Source: an uncultured Rivularia sp. (GTDB lineage Bacteria; Cyanobacteriota; Cyanobacteriia; Cyanobacteriales; Nostocaceae). Taken from it: a stretch of 64,000 nt of DNA. The notes beneath the pieces are model-generated. The model ran no database searches. It worked only from the letters and a program-made list of their open reading frames with translations, and had not been told where the DNA came from. The stretch spans positions 2,432,001 to 2,496,000 of the forward strand of contig OY762007.1 in the NCBI GenBank assembly GCA_963665115.1, given 5' to 3'. Within the stretch, counting starts at the first letter, position 1. Every line of letters starts with the position of its first letter. Below, piece after piece: positions 1-11,775 of this stretch. The position numbers were made by a program, and so were the translations under genes.

Positions 1-773
1 TGGATAATAAATATCTACCAGGTTTTTCATCTGGAAAGCAAAATCTACAGCCGTTCTGCGGTCTGTTACTTCGATGTGTCGCCAGCCTTGATAGGGTTCT
101 AAGAATACGAATAGATTGCAATTTCCCATGCGTTCATATTCATAGTCAACACGTTTTTTTTGCCCTGGCTTAACTGGTATTGGGATTTTAGTATCACCAA
201 GTAATTGTGTTGGACGCTCGTCAAAGCAAATAATTGGGCGCTTTATATCTGAGCTTCGGGCATATACATCTAAAACATCTTCCATCCGCCACACATATTC
301 GGCACTAACTGTGGGAATACACCATTGCTCAACTAGCCAAGGTTTTATTTCGTTTTTTTTAGAGTTCGACGTACAGTTTCATCACTAATATTATCAACAA
401 CAGATAGTTGAACTAATTTGTTAGCTAATAACTGCATTGTCCAGTTACTTCTTCCATCTGGTGGGTCACTACAAGCAGTTGCAATTAAAAATGCTTCATG
501 TGAACCAATTAGTTTTTTTGGTTTACCTGGTCGTGGTTTCTCGTTGAGTGCCTCTGCCAATCCGGATTGCACAAATTTTTTACGAACTCGTTCTATTGTA
601 TCTACGCTTATTTTTAACGCTGTGGCTATTTCAACATCAGAATATCCACTTTCCGACATCAATAGAACCTGTATACGTTTGTATTTTCTTGCTGAAATTT
701 TTCCCTTCTTGCTCAGTTGCTCTAGTTGCTCTCTTTCCTGAATATTTAAGTTAATGTTATATTTTTTGTACAT
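1..773 (-). CDS. IS630 transposase, OrfA (345-773, HTH) joined to OrfB (DDE) by -1 frameshift at A8; 3' end outside window
   Basis: OrfA has RPGKPKKL...ACSDPPDGRSNWTMQLLA...SDETVRRTLKK. The -1 frame continues KNEIKPWLVEQWCIP...MEDVLDVY...ICFDERP. A8 run at 353-360. Confidence 0.9.
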
Positions 774-881
774 GACAAGTGGATGCAGACAATATCGCTA
801 TAAATACTTTAATATATAGCTTACTATCAGATGGCGATCGCACAGTCGTGTACCCTGCAAAATTAATGTGGTGGAGTACTA
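1..881 (-). mobile_element. IS630-family insertion sequence, left part (truncated by window edge)
   Basis: Two-ORF transposase; ~30 bp terminal repeat TACCCTGCAAAATTAATGTGGTGGAGTAC ending at TA 880-881 (CTAG context), typical of IS630. Confidence 0.85.
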
Positions 882-1008
882 GTCCTCCACCACGATGATT
901 CTGCGGGGTTCCGGGAGTGCGAGCGTCTCGCTCGCTAGTTGTCACGAGGGAGCGTCTCGCTCCCACTACGAATGTTTTACCCCGCAAAACTAATGTGAAT
1001 TAGTAGTA
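882..1008. mobile_element. TA-flanked MITE with IS630-like ends carrying a REP doublet
   Basis: Left end GTCCTCCACCAC mirrors the IS end GTGGTGGAGTAC across TA 880-881. Right end ACCCCGCAAAACTAATGTG...TA resembles the IS terminal repeat. Internal GCGAGCGTCTCGCTCGC and GGGAGCGTCTCGCTCCCACTAC. Confidence 0.65.
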
Positions 1009-1136
1009 GTCCTTCTCAAGAAGTATTTAAATTTATTTCAAGAATAAAAAACCCAGTAAAAAACCGGGTTTATACAAGTATTCCAATAAGTAACTAATTG
1101 TTATTTATTAGCAATATTACTAAAAACTAAATTAAT

Positions 1137-1700
1137 TTATTCACCGTAACAAGTTGTACCTGGAACTCTTTCGTATTTAAACTTATTACAATCCTTAAGG
1201 GTTTCTGACTGTGAAGCCCACCAATAAGGCTTATCAGATGAAACAACACCATTTCTCAAGGTTGTTAATCGGAAATTTGCTCCTCGGAAGTTTGCTAGAA
1301 ATACATTTGCTCCAGTTAAGTTAGCTGCCGATAAATTAGCACTCATTAAAGCAGCATAAGACAAGTTAGAATTTTCCATTGAAGCTGACCTCAGATTCGC
1401 ACCTACCAAGGAAGCGCTTGAAAGATTAGCATTGCTCATAATGGCATTTTGTAAATCTGCACCCGTAAGGTCGGCATTTGAAAGATTAGCACCTGTTAAA
1501 TCCGCACCTTTTAAATTCGCATCTCTTAAATTTACCCCTGACAAGTTAGCTTTCGATAAATTAGCACCACTTAAATCGCATCTCGGACAAGCACCATTTG
1601 CTTGAAAACGTTCTATATCTTGCGGATTAAATGCTTTTGTTTGTTGCATAAATCCCAAACAAGCTAACAAGGTAATACTAGCTACAACTGCTGATTTCAT
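1137..1700 (-). CDS. Exported pentapeptide repeat protein
   Basis: Signal peptide, CPRCDLSGANL, then A(N/D)LxG repeats. Confidence 0.93.
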   Translation of the reverse strand: MKSAVVASITLLACLGFMQQTKAFNPQDIERFQANGACPRCDLSGANLSKANLSGVNLRDANLKGADLTGANLSNADLTGADLQNAIMSNANLSSASLVGANLRSASMENSNLSYAALMSANLSAANLTGANVFLANFRGANFRLTTLRNGVVSSDKPYWWASQSETLKDCNKFKYERVPGTTCYGE

Positions 1701-1980
1701 TTTCTTTAGAGATACTTATGAAGGTCGGGGTTTTAAACAATTATGTATTGCTATACTTACATATACAAACTGTTTATTATATAACAAGTATAAAGAATCA
1801 ATAAATAAATTATAAAAAAGTTGTAAATTGTTAACTCTGAACTACTCAATCCCATATACAAGTTTTAGAATAGTGACATCGAGAAATATACCGAAAGTTC
1901 TATAGTCTACGAATTATCGAATCCCTCTAGCCCAGTTATATGGTGGCGGAGGGATTCACTTTTTTTGGTAATTGGGCATT

Positions 1981-2113
1981 GGGGAGAGGGGGAGATGGTG
2001 AGAGGGGGTAGAGGGGCTAGAGGGGGTAGAGGGGGAGAGGGGGTAGAGGGGGTAGAGGGGGTAGAGGGGGTAGAGGGGGAGACAAGGAGACAAGGAGACA
2101 AGGAGACAAGGAG
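1981..2113. repeat. Short tandem repeats (GGGGTAGAG)n and (GACAAGGA)n
   Basis: Directly visible, intergenic. Confidence 0.85.
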
Positions 2114-2158
2114 ATATTTAAGACAATTCATAATTCATAACTGTTCACTGTTAACTGT

Positions 2159-3922
2159 TTACCTCCAGCCTAGAAGCTTTAATGCGGGAACTACTAGGTA
2201 GTTACTGATTCCTAACCAAAAACTGATGAAGATACCTAACATACTGAAGAAGCCGATTTTGAGCCAAAGTTGCGATAAATCGAAGGGGCTGGAGGAATTT
2301 AATATGGTTGGTGATAATCCGAGGTTTATTAAGCCTGCAAAAATAATTGCCGTACCAAATGCGGTCATTATGGCATGGATGATTTGATGGGAACGAAGTC
2401 CTAAACCCAAGGTGAGAAGGGACATGGCAAATAATATTAGCCCTACCCATGCTTCTGCTTGTTGTGGTGCTATTAGCTGTAAGATAAACCAGCCTCCGCT
2501 ATAACCTATTATTCCCATTACGGAAGATATCAAAAATCGTCGCCGTTGACTAAAACCCCCTGCTAAAGTTATTCCCCAAGCTGTTCCTAAACCGGATGCT
2601 GCAAACAAAACTATCTCCGAACCTAATACGGGTTGAGGATTGGATGTAAAAGCTATTATTAGATTCGCAACCACTTCGCCAACTCTATCGCCGAAAACTG
2701 TACCAAATGCCAGGAAAAAACCGGCAATTGTACCTATGCAAGCGCCGATACTTGCTAAAATCATTGTCCACAACGTTTCAAAACAACCGCGAATTATCCC
2801 TACAATTGTTTTAAATGCGAACAAAGTAGTATTGCTGACACCTTGAGTTGCTCCTAAAATCAATTGCTGAATAAATTCTTTGATTCCCTGGAGAACTTTT
2901 TTTATAGATTCTGCTGTTCTTTTAAAAATATTTTGTCGCGGACGTGCTGGCAGATATGATGTCGATTTGATTATTTGCGCCAAACGTTTTTGAAGAATTA
3001 CTGCATTTTCGGGACGCGATCGCACTTCTTCTTGTGCCATATCGTCCAGTAAATCTACCAGCAGAGGGTTGACATCGCCGCCATACTCGGAAAATTTTAA
3101 CACTTCTCGCCAGCGTAATGCTCCCGTTAGCGGATCTTCCAATTCTTGAGGATTTTTACCCGTAAGTAATTCAATCATTGTTCTTGCAAGAGCGTAAAAA
3201 TCGGCTGATGGCCCAACATTACGTCCCGTAACTTGTTCTGGCGGGCTGTAGCCGGTGGAAAATAATCTGGTAGAACTAGATTGGCGGTGAGAGGCTGCAA
3301 CGCTAAAGTGTTTGGCACCACCAAAGTCAATTACCACCAATTGAGCGTTCTTTAAATTGGAAGAAAAATCGCGCAGCATCAGATTTGAAGGTTTAATGTC
3401 GCGGTGAATAATCATATGTTCGTGGAGGTGTCGCAAAATATCCACCGTTTGCTTCAACCAACCCAAAATCAACTCTTGAGAACAACCATTCGGATACAAA
3501 TAACGAACTTCTTCCAAAGTTTGGCCGTTGATTTTTTCCATGATCAAACAAGGTAAATCCATATCTTGGTTAGAACTTGAGAGATGATGGAAAAAATGCC
3601 CATCCGGTTCAACTTTAGGAACACCCCCATGCTTTAAACGCTGTAAGACTTCTGCTTCCTGAGCAAATAATTCCAGTGCTTTCGGCGAAGTTTCCACCAG
3701 TACTTTCAAAACTTTTTCTGTTTGTGTCTTGATATCCCAAACCGTGTAAATGCGAGCAAAACCCCCAGAACCCAAACGTTCCAGAGGAATAAATCGATCT
3801 TGCATCTGTAATTGTGCGCCACAGGCAAGACAAAATTTGTTTCCCCAAGGCTGAGGATAAGGACGCGAACAGTTAGGATTTACGCAGTGAATTGCATTTA
3901 AATTAGGTTGGGAATTGGACAT
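2159..3922 (-). CDS. Ser/Thr protein kinase with N-terminal 4-Cys motif and C-terminal multi-TM region
   Basis: CVNPNC...CLACG; LGSGGF, VLK, HRDIKPSN, DFG, GYSPPEQ; hydrophobic C-terminal third. Confidence 0.93.
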   Translation of the reverse strand: MSNSQPNLNAIHCVNPNCSRPYPQPWGNKFCLACGAQLQMQDRFIPLERLGSGGFARIYTVWDIKTQTEKVLKVLVETSPKALELFAQEAEVLQRLKHGGVPKVEPDGHFFHHLSSSNQDMDLPCLIMEKINGQTLEEVRYLYPNGCSQELILGWLKQTVDILRHLHEHMIIHRDIKPSNLMLRDFSSNLKNAQLVVIDFGGAKHFSVAASHRQSSSTRLFSTGYSPPEQVTGRNVGPSADFYALARTMIELLTGKNPQELEDPLTGALRWREVLKFSEYGGDVNPLLVDLLDDMAQEEVRSRPENAVILQKRLAQIIKSTSYLPARPRQNIFKRTAESIKKVLQGIKEFIQQLILGATQGVSNTTLFAFKTIVGIIRGCFETLWTMILASIGACIGTIAGFFLAFGTVFGDRVGEVVANLIIAFTSNPQPVLGSEIVLFAASGLGTAWGITLAGGFSQRRRFLISSVMGIIGYSGGWFILQLIAPQQAEAWVGLILFAMSLLTLGLGLRSHQIIHAIMTAFGTAIIFAGLINLGLSPTILNSSSPFDLSQLWLKIGFFSMLGIFISFWLGISNYLVVPALKLLGWR

Positions 3923-4240
3923 GGGGAATTGGGCATGGGGAGTTAGGAGTAGGGAGTAGGAAGTAGGGAGTAGGGAGTTAGGAGTTAGGATTTGGGAATT
4001 TAAGGAAAGAATTTGATCAAGATTTTAGCAATTGGGGTATGAGACTACTTTTACATCTTTCACTTGTGGCTAGTTCCTACAGAAAGTTTCCAATCACAAG
4101 ATTTTTAATTCCTGACGACGGAATTTTTATTTGTGTGCGGACAGGAAGTTGGGGAGATAGGGAGAGTGGGAAAGAGAATTCTTCACTACTCATTACTTGC
4201 TACTTACTACTCTTAACTCATAACTCCTAACTCCTAAACT

Positions 4241-5840
4241 TTAACTACACCCTTCCCAAGAAATAGGGAAAGTTTGTTTTGATAGTAATGAGAAATCATC
4301 TTCATGGCTTGGGGTTTCTTGATCGAGAACTTTGACTACTCTGTTATAGATTTCTTGTGCTTGTTGCGGGGAATCACCGATGCTGGTTAATCCTAATTTA
4401 CCAAATTGTGATAAACAACCCATTAAATGGAATACTGTACCCGTTTCGGTTCCGGTATCGAAATGCAGTCTGTGTTGAGCAATAATATCCATTAAATCGT
4501 TGGGTAAAAGTCCCTTGTAGCGATCTTTTTGCAAGTTATCGGTGGCGATATAATATTTTGGTCGTCCTTGCTGAGAGTAAAATAAACCTGTAGAAGGTTC
4601 GTAGCGACCATTTGTAAGTAATTTTAAGGTCATGAAGGGATGGGTGGTACCACCTTTTCGCAAATTTATTTCAATTGCCTGGATATCCCATTGTCCATCA
4701 TGTTTGACAACTATAAAATCTACGCCGTATCTTTCTAAAGCGCCTTTTTCTGCTAACTTGCGACCAACTTGTAAGCCCAACTGCTGCAACTGCAATCTAT
4801 AATCTTCATCAGCAGGAAATTTACAACCGAGGAAGATTTGACCATCTGGCCCCCCCTAAAATTTGGTCGTGAGTAGAAAGAATTTCCACTTCTCCCGTCG
4901 GCGTAATCCTTCCTTGAACGCTTGGTGAAAGCTTAATTTCACCTTCTACAAAAGCTTCTACAATTGCGCCTAATTCGGCTATTCTTCCCGAAAATGTTGA
5001 CCAATTTTCAAGTTTTGCTTGAAAACTCATATTGTGAAAATTTTCAGTAATTTTCGCTACCCTTTCTTGATGAGATGCTTTTGGAGGAGCTATTTCAAGA
5101 ATCGGTCTTAAATCTAACAGCGCATTTCCTTCCCCAGAAATTCCTTCATTAAGTTTTACCACCATCCTTTGTAATGTTGGCTCGCGTTCCCATAATTGAA
5201 CTGCGGCTTCTGCTAAATCTTCTATATTCCACTTCAGTTCGCTACCATCTGGAAAAGGAACTTCAGCTTCGGCAAAAATTTGTCTGGAGCCGCTTTTTGT
5301 CCCCCAATTCTGTAAATCTGGAGCAGCGGCATACAGCGGAACTCCCAATTTTAAAGACAATTCCGCTTCAAAACCAGTAGAGTTGTAACATATCATAAAA
5401 GACTTATCTATTCTTAAAGCTTGTTGAATATGCTGTAATAACCGGGGACGTTCTAAAATTTTTTGACTCAGAGGTTTGAGTGAGGAATCGTAAGTAGAAA
5501 GCAGTAGTAAGCGATTGCGAGCATGAGAGAAAGGAATTCCCGGTAACAGTTGTAAATAATAATCGATAATACTTGGATGTAAAGGCACCGATGTTACATA
5601 AATTAGCCGGTTGCGGGGGTTCCATAACCGAATTAAAGAAAATAACAAACGTTCTTCATAATGTTCGTAACCTTCAACCTTTTTTAATTCCCGCTGATCG
5701 AGACTAAGAGAAGGAATTACTAAAATATCTACATCACTCGTATCGCTTTCATCACCTTCTATACATTTCCACTTATCGCGCAAACCCGACTGAAGATAAC
5801 GAAATTTTTCTAACAACTCTTTATCTGTGATGTGAAGCAT
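4241..5840 (-). CDS. PGM1-related ATP-grasp peptide ligase (split by +1 G at ~4850, probable sequence error)
   Basis: HYEERLLF, VVKLNEGISGEGNA, SPSVQGRI, STHDQILGG then PDGQIFLGCKFPA after removing one G; GVDF, EINLRKGGTTHP. Confidence 0.8.
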
Positions 5841-6050
5841 TTTATTAATTTTGGGTTATTTACGATCAATTATCAGTTATTGGTTGCATTAAGACGTAAT
5901 GCGACTTGGTGCGGATGCAATATATAGCAATTTATCATTTAAATTTATTCCTAATAGCCTAAAAAGTGTTCAACCATTCGAGAGATGAGCATATGCACAA
6001 CTGCTGTTACCATAGCAATGACTATTGTTAACCTAATTACAAATATAAAT

Positions 6051-6308
6051 ATGCCATCTCCTACACCACTAAAAGGGACCGATCTAGTAGACTGCGCGAA
6101 AGCAAACGCTAAGCAAGGAATAGAAACCGCTGCTTTTCTATGTGGGTATGGTACTGATTTAAATACATTTAGACAAGAACTGAGTAATGCTTGCGAAGAG
6201 ATGAATTTACAAGTTTCCGAACTCAACGAATTAATTACCGACCAAGATATGCTTTTAGATATCGGCAATGGGGAAATAGTTGCTCCCGATTCTCCAGGGA
6301 AATTGTAA
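6051..6308 (+). CDS. Small conserved cyanobacterial hypothetical protein
   Basis: ORF MPSPTPLKGTDLVDCAKANAKQG...; ATG at 6051 preferred. Confidence 0.65.
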   Translation: MPSPTPLKGTDLVDCAKANAKQGIETAAFLCGYGTDLNTFRQELSNACEEMNLQVSELNELITDQDMLLDIGNGEIVAPDSPGKL

Positions 6309-6317
6309 TCAGTTACC

Positions 6318-6420
6318 TGTAGGGTGTGTTACGGCTTTAAGATAGATGGAAAGCGTAACGCACCAATATCAGTGAACAGTGAAATATTGTAGGCTGTGTT
6401 ACGGCATAAATAACGCACCA
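6318..6420. repeat. Two GTAG-footed REP-like palindromes (GTAGGGTGTGTTACG...TAACGCACC)
   Basis: Copies at ~6318 and ~6389; a related copy at ~62714. Confidence 0.55.
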
Positions 6421-6485
6421 TTATCAGTTAACGGTAAATTTACCGGCATTACTTGAAGGTGTAACTATCCACTATCAACTATCAA

Positions 6486-7887
6486 TCACAATTTAAGAAT
6501 AAACTTTGCCAAAGCGAAGTAAATCATAACACCTGCAACATCGACTGCTGTAGTAATAAACGGTGCAGACATCAATGCTGGATCTAACTTCATGGAGCGG
6601 AATAAAAACGGTAGCGAGGAACCGGAAACTGAAGCCAAGATCGAAATCGCAACCAAACTAGTACCAACTGCGATCGCAACTTGTAAGTTACCTTGCAATA
6701 GAAATGCCCATAAGGTGGCGATGCTTCCTAATGTTATTCCTAATATTGCACCAGCGAGGGCTTCTCTACCTATTACTTGAAGTGTACCCAACGAGCGGAT
6801 TTCATCGGTGTTCATGCCGCGAATCACTACCGTGGATGATTGAGCGCCAACATTACCTCCGGTACCCGTAAGTAAAGGAATAAAAGCCGCTAAACTAACG
6901 ACTTTTCTTAAAATATCTTCTTCGGATTTAATAATCGTTCCCGTTACGGTGTTAGTGACTAATAATACTAATAACCAAACTACGCGCTTGCGAGCAACGG
7001 TAAATAAATCTGTCTGAAAATAGTTGTCACCGTCAGACTGTACGCCACCACCGAGGGCGTAAATATCTTCAGTGGTTTCTTCCTGGATAATATCTATAAC
7101 ATCATCTACCGTAACAATACCGACTAATCTTTCCTCTCTGTCTACTACAGGTACGGCTAGAAAATCATACTTTTGGATAAGTCTAGCGACTTCTTCTTGG
7201 TCGTTATCGGTATAAACATATATTGGATCGCGACTGATGATTTCGCTAATTTTTTGTTCTGTATTAGCCGTTACCAATTGTCGCAGTGAAACAATACCAC
7301 TTAAACGCCTAGCATCATCGGTAACGTAAAGATAATAAATCATCTCGCTGGCGTTAGCTTGGCGGCGAATCCGCTCCAAAGCCTGCGCTACAGTAAAATT
7401 TTCCTTGAGCAAGATCAGCTGAGGAGTCATGATCCGTCCAGCAGTGCCGGATTCATAACCCAAAAGTAGTGCAGTAGCTTCCCTTTGAGCCGGGACTAAG
7501 TTGTTCTAAGAGGCGATTGACAACTTTAGCCGGTAACTCATCAAATAACTTTGCACGGTCATCTGGTGACATTTTATCAACAATATCAAGAACTTCCTGC
7601 GAACGAAATTCCTCGATTAACTTTTCTTGAACGTTACGATCGAGATATTCGTAAACCTCAATCGCTTCATTTTTGGAAAGCAAGCGAAACACCAAAGCGT
7701 GCATTGTTTCGGGTAAACCTTCAATCACTTCAGCAATATCCGCAGGCTGCACTGGTACGAGGATTGCCTTTGCACCTCGCAAGTCGCCTTGTTCGAGCAG
7801 CATTTGCAATTGAGTTCGCACTAAATCCCGCAATTCCTGGCGGGTTGATTCCTGAATGACAGAAGCTACATTGTTCATTTCGGTCAA
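6486..7887 (-). CDS. mgtE: Magnesium transporter MgtE (split by +1 at ~7490, probable error)
   Basis: MgtE_N (MSPDDRAKLFDELP), TAGRIMTP CBS pair, GTGGNVGAQSST, DPALMSAPFITTAVD; TTG start with GAGGAG RBS. Confidence 0.92.
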
Positions 7888-8109
7888 TTCGGGTATCTCC
7901 TCAAGGTGATTTGATAATGGTTTACCACTCATAGTTTATGGGAAATTGGCAACCAAAAACGTTCAATCAGTTAATTTTCATTCCTAAGATTGATATCAAG
8001 CACTAGTTTAGTTGTTTAATTTTATTTATTTTGGTTGAGGGCTTTGCTTTACAGGCACCATCTTTGAGTTACTGCAAAACGAGCGGGTTTTCCAACGCCT
8101 AAACTTGAA

Positions 8110-8423
8110 ATGAACAAAGAACTAATCGCGGCGATCGCCATATTTGTATTGGGCTTCGAGTTGATTTCTAAGTCAAGCTCTTTATATTAGCAAAAAGCAT
8201 TACTAACCTTACCGATGGCTTTGTAAGTTTACTTGGTATGGGCAGGGAATTCATCTTTTCTACGATGGTAGTAACAGTTTTGATCGGCATTTTTGCTCAT
8301 GGTTTAACCGCTTTTCCTGGAGCTAATTGGTACGCTAATCGCATTTCAAGCAAGGAAAATATTCAAGATCAAATGCCCGAAATGCTCCTAACCGAAGATA
8401 TGCCCGTTCGCTTACCTTGGTAA
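8110..8423 (+). pseudogene. Cation:proton antiporter (NhaP-like) remnant with large internal deletion
   Basis: N-terminal MNKELIAAIAIFVLGFELISK at 8110 lies next to C-terminal ...VTVLIGIFAHGLTAFPGANWY; middle absent. Confidence 0.55.
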
Positions 8424-8490
8424 ACATAAATGAGGGTAAAAGCTGATGAATAATCCTAATGCAAGCAAAAAGCCCTTGTTTGCAGCAATC

Positions 8491-9345
8491 TTAAAATTTC
8501 CGATCGAATTCGCTGGCGACTTGACAACAGTTTAAAAAAGGGTAGTTAGCTAATTTATCCAGTTTTTCAGATTTTAGCAAGCTTGTCCAATTAGCTAATA
8601 GGGAAGCATTTGATGGTTGACTAAGACGAGCTTCTCCTAAAGTTGTAAGAGCATTGTGCCAGATTCCGTTTTCTGCATAAAGTGCTGCTTTTTGTAAAGG
8701 TGTTGCTTGCTCAATACGTTTTGCAAGCTGAGAATTTAGGTTAACCCGTTCTATCCAACCATCAACAGACTTTGATTCTACTGCTTGCTGGGGACTGCAT
8801 TTGACTTTTAATTTCAAAAACCAATGATATTTCTTTTGATGTTTTGTTTTGCTAATTTGTAATGGTTCTTCTATTGCTTTTTTTGTGGAAACACTGATAA
8901 TTCCTGGCTTTTCTGGTTTATCTAAAACAGTTCTATATATTGTTTTGCTCTTGTTTTGAGACTTATCTTGGATGACAAATTCCATTTCCGTAATTGATGA
9001 TTTGTCATAAGGAACAAAAAACCAAAAAGTAGGATATTCATCGGTTGTTAAACCCCAAATTTTGGTGATTGGAATTGTTTCTCCTCCATCCAGGTTAATA
9101 GTTTGTTTGTAATCGGGAGCCAATGCCATTAGAGATTGTTTGCCATTCCCACATCCCCTACTAGCTGCTCCTCCACGCTCTCCTGCGGCACTTCGATCGG
9201 GTGGTGGTGGTGGTGGAGTAAAGTTGATCGAGCTTTTGCTAGAGTTACCTAATTGTGCGTTTATTGGTAACAAGTAAGCAATGCTGCTAAAAACAGCCGT
9301 AATCAAAGCAACAGAAAGATGTGTTTTATGATAATGGTTTTTCAT
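8491..9345 (-). CDS. DUF928 domain protein (exported)
   Basis: Signal peptide, PPPPPP..GAASRGC, LMALAP, PTFWFFVPY, GWIERV, YAENGIWHNAL, WTSLL. Confidence 0.92.
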   Translation of the reverse strand: MKNHYHKTHLSVALITAVFSSIAYLLPINAQLGNSSKSSINFTPPPPPPDRSAAGERGGAASRGCGNGKQSLMALAPDYKQTINLDGGETIPITKIWGLTTDEYPTFWFFVPYDKSSITEMEFVIQDKSQNKSKTIYRTVLDKPEKPGIISVSTKKAIEEPLQISKTKHQKKYHWFLKLKVKCSPQQAVESKSVDGWIERVNLNSQLAKRIEQATPLQKAALYAENGIWHNALTTLGEARLSQPSNASLLANWTSLLKSEKLDKLANYPFLNCCQVASEFDRKF

Positions 9346-9389
9346 AATTAGTTGTTAGTTGTTGGTTGTTAATTGTTAATTGTTAGTTG

Positions 9390-11775
9390 TTAACTGTTCA
9401 CTGTTTTGCAGACAACCGTTGTACTTCCGAAAGCAATGATTGCAGGAACTAAGGGAACCCACCAGCCTTGGGAAGTTAATAAAATGAGACTGCTACCATA
9501 TAAAATAATTAATCCTACTCCAACAGCTAATACTAAATAAATTGGTTTTCGCAAGTACCAAGCTGTTAAACCACCAGTTAAAGCCCATCCCCAAACCCAA
9601 AGTACTTCACCACCTAGTTCCCAGTTTGATATTAAAGCCCGCCGATCCAATGCAGCACTAATTAATTGACTTGTCATTTGGGCTTGTAAAACAACTCCTG
9701 GTATGTTCTGTAATTTCCCTCCAACTGTATAAGGAGTTAAAGCATAATCTTTAAAACTCTCTGCTGTTGTCCCAATTATCACTACCTTTCCTTTAACATC
9801 TTTTTCGTTTAATTTACCTGCTAGTACTTCTCCCAAAGTAATTTTTGGAGCAATTAATTCTGGGGAGGGAGAGGAACGATAGTTAAGTAAAATTTGGTGC
9901 CCCAAGGCATCAATTCCTTGGTAGCCTCCGGTATGTGCTTCTAAAGGTTTAAATTTTAGTTTGCCTAGTTGCCATGCACCGTCTTGAGTGAACTGTAGCT
10001 TAATACCTTTTTCATAAAGGTAACGGCGAGCTAGTTCTACACTTAAAGCATAGGAGGCATTACAAGCTGAACCCGAAGGAGGAGTTAAAGCCAAATAATG
10101 ACGACGCACTACACTATCATTATCTAGAAGAATATCGCTAAAACCCAAATTCTGCGAGTCAACTTCTGGTGGTGGTGCAACACCAAATTTATCCGTAGGA
10201 GTCCCTGACTTGACAAACTGCTACAAAGCGGCTGTTTTGTATCTGCTTTGTTAATTTGGGATAGTTATTATCTACTGGATAATCCCGGTATATATCCAAA
10301 CCAATTGCCGCTGGTTGATATGGCTCTAATTTTTCTAAAAGTTGGCTAAGGGATTTGTCAGACAAGGAACCCCGTGGTTTTTCTGATTGTTGCGATCGCA
10401 CATCTTCTTCTGTCACAGTTACTACCAGTAGCCGTGAGTCTGGAATCTCGGAGGGACGCAATTGCATCAATTGATCGAAGGCTTTAAGCTCAAAGGGTTG
10501 CAGTATTCCCAGATATCTTATTCCCATTAACAGCACGGTAATTACAATGCTTGTGGGGATAGTTAATAGTAAATTAAACCCTTTTTTAGGTGATTTATGA
10601 CGGAATTCTGTATCTGATGTCGCAATATTATTGGTAATTCTATTTTTGTTTATATTTGAATTTACATTTGAATCTATATTTGAATCTATATTTGAATTTG
10701 AACTGTATAAATCTCGCCAATATACGGGAATTTCGGCAGGATTTTGATATATGACAGGCAACCATGTTGCACAAGGGTATTGATTTTCCAATCCCTGCAA
10801 TCTTTCTCTAGCTTCTTTGACTGATATATATAATGATTCTCCTGCGGCGAAAGCTTCCAGAAAATATTTCAAAAATTCCTGTGCGACTTTATCGGGTACT
10901 GGCTCTCGCATCACAATAATTTGGGGAATATTCAAATCTGCGAATTCCCTTGCTAATCCCAAACCATCGCAGGAATTGAAAATCGCTAATTGCAAACCTC
11001 CTTTTAAGGCTTTTTTCAAAGCATATCTTAGCTCGGCGATTGTCAGACTTTCAGTTTGATTAATGTAGATTTTTCCAGTTGCATTAATTTGAGTAATGCT
11101 ATGCCCAGCAAAAAATAAAATTTGCCAATTCTGCTGCCACAATTTATCGTTGATATCTTTTCGTTCTGGCTCTACCAAAAAGCTGATATCTGCATTCGGT
11201 AATTTTTCTAATATTTCGCGGTCAGCTTGGGTATCAATTCCTTCACTATGACCTAAAATAGCTAATATTTTGACTTTATCATCGCTAATTTTATTTTTAA
11301 CAATTTGCTCGTAGTTAGGGGCACTCAAAGCAATTTCTGCTTTAGGATAGCGTTCGAGTAAATCCCACAAATGCCAGGGCATTTTTTGTAACTGGAAGTT
11401 TTTAGTTTGTATAAGTATGCGTATGTCATCTTCTGGTGTCAGTTTCTCCAGCAATTTATCGCAAATCGGACGAAAGGAATCAGCACTAAGCCAAAAATTA
11501 AAATTAACTTTAAACTCGTCAATTTTTTCTTGGAATTCTTCTAAAGAAGACGTTTGAGTAATGTACTTTGGTAAACCTTTAACGCGAGATGGTAATTTGA
11601 AACTACGATAAATAGATTGCCACTGATAATAATCTTTGGCAATTTCTGGATTCGGAGGTAACTTACCTGTAATTTCCAAACTAGGGCGTACATTGTCGTC
11701 ACTTATTTGTAAGATTACAGGAAACCCTTGTTGAAACTCTCCTTCTCCTAACTTTAAGATGACTAATTTTCCCAT
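9390..11775 (-). CDS. CHAT (caspase-like) protease - TM - CHASE2 sensor - TM protein (split by +1 near 10200, probable error)
   Basis: MGKLVILKLGEG, LFFAGHS / IFNSCDG dyad, VMREPVPD; then ELKAFDQLMQLRP, AIGLDIYRD, GFSD, VVRR, PGVVLQAQMTSQL, three TM helices. Confidence 0.85.

Noticed and set aside
757..987. 76 aa ORF
   Set aside because: Runs through the IS end and the MITE; no protein features.
1907..2201. ORFs 1907-2131 and 1965-2201
   Set aside because: Translations of simple tandem repeats (PSTPST / GVEGVE).
10649..10696. 12 bp x4 repeat (SNID/SNVN)
   Set aside because: Ordinary low-complexity linker expansion between the CHAT domain and the TM helix.
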